A stretch of 7,986 nucleotides of DNA from NCBI GenBank assembly GCA_043228905.1, contig JBHGNT010001467.1, positions 1-7,986 on the forward strand, given 5' to 3'. Positions 7,016 through 7,986 of this stretch are shown here, one piece after another. The stretch comes from Azolla caroliniana. Lineage: Eukaryota > Plantae > Polypodiophyta. Made by a program: the position numbers and the translations under genes. The first letter of the stretch is position 1. Each line of letters begins with the position of its first letter. The notes below the pieces were generated by a model. The model was given only the letters and a program-made list of their open reading frames with translations. It searched no databases and had not been told where the DNA came from.

Positions 7016-7176
7016 GAAATTATTTTCTGCATTGATGAAACTTAAGTTTTCCTACATTGATTCCTATTTGTATGTTAATTATCTTTTTGTTAAAGAGCTA
7101 GTCTGTTTAATGAAAACCAAAGATAAGCTGGAAAATAGTGTCAGTTCCTAGAGCTCATTGAAATATTAAGAGTTGA

Positions 7177-7517
7177 ACCAAATTATTGCTGTTGGATACA
7201 CGTGTTACACTTATATGGAGTGAAGATTGGGGACCATACCTCCACAATATAGAAGGATGTAAAAGGCTGGAATTGCTACTAGTTCCTGAGCAAAATTAAT
7301 GTGACATCAGATTGCTAGAGGTGAGATGGGAGAAGTCACAGAAGTCACAAAGGCACCTTTAGAGTTGTGACTTAGATACAATGGATATGGGAACTAATCA
7401 AGCACCAATATCCATGTTTATTCTCAAAGACAAGACAATATTTTAAGATGTAACCTCTCATTTGGTCTCATGGATAATTTTGCCTCTTCAACGAGATTAG
7501 TATATCTTTCTTTCTTT
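7177..7517 (+). mobile_element. Old LINE fragment: post-RT region joined by deletion to the family 3' end
   Basis: With frameshifts: TKLLLLDTRVT-LYGVKI(W)GPYLH...*KDVK...IARGEMGEVTEVTKA...RVVT*IQWIWEL (7177-7396). Then TTCTCAAAGACAAGACAATATTTTAAGATGTAACCTCTCATTTGGTCTC...TATATCTTTCTTTCTTT (7421-7517), a diverged copy of the shared 3' end. Confidence 0.8.
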
Positions 7518-7986
7518 GCCCATCTATGCATTGACCAGATCACGGTGATTCCAAATGTAATTTGTTGGTATGCCCAACTGAATTTCGGTTTAAAGTACAT
7601 GGCTTATGTATAAATGTTCTCCCACTATTTGAATGCAAATTGACTGCCTATATTTAATCATGAATCTTCTGTCAAAGATAAATAGAGTAATCAGTAAGTT
7701 TAGATTAGCTGTAGAGAGAACTTGGATTAATTTGAGAGTATGATATCTCATAAATTCCCACAATTAGGGGCTCACCGAGAATTGGTATGTACATGTCTCA
7801 TAACTCCCCAATCACCATTTATAAATCGTCTTATTTGCTATTTTAATCATCCATGTGTGTGATGTGAGCTGTTGCAGTGATGAAATAATTTGAGTGACAA
7901 ACTCATTTGAAGAATTAAAGACCTGCTACTACTGTACTCTAGTATTTGAGAAAGTACACGAAACTATCTGAGAATCAGAATCAGTG

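Noticed and set aside
7518-7986. Terminal AT-rich region searched for the next kinesin exon or TE motifs
   Set aside because: Nothing recognisable; left as intron.

Overview
Land-plant genomic DNA, not prokaryotic. The window holds three + strand exons of a kinesin-4 (FRA1/KIN4-like) motor-domain gene (5034-5308, 6625-6809, 6891-7015) embedded in TE-filled introns. Bases 1-1029 are the 3' end of an apparently young Ty1/copia retrotransposon: stop-free RT/RNase H, PPT and a short (~167 bp) 3' LTR carrying four MSA-type (YCYAACGGYYA) motifs. Most of 1054-4675, 5669-6374 and 7177-7517 consists of decayed APE-RT non-LTR retrotransposon (LINE) pieces. Five of them share a conserved 3' end with a stem-loop and a (TTTC)n-type tail. 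Main oddities: a GA instead of GT at the expected donor of the third kinesin exon; a 221-bp inverted pair of LINE 3' ends (3 mismatches) bracketing the first exon; the mitosis-type cis-element cluster in the LTR; and an internally deleted, possibly chimeric LINE derivative. All family assignments come from motif recognition by eye, with no database search.
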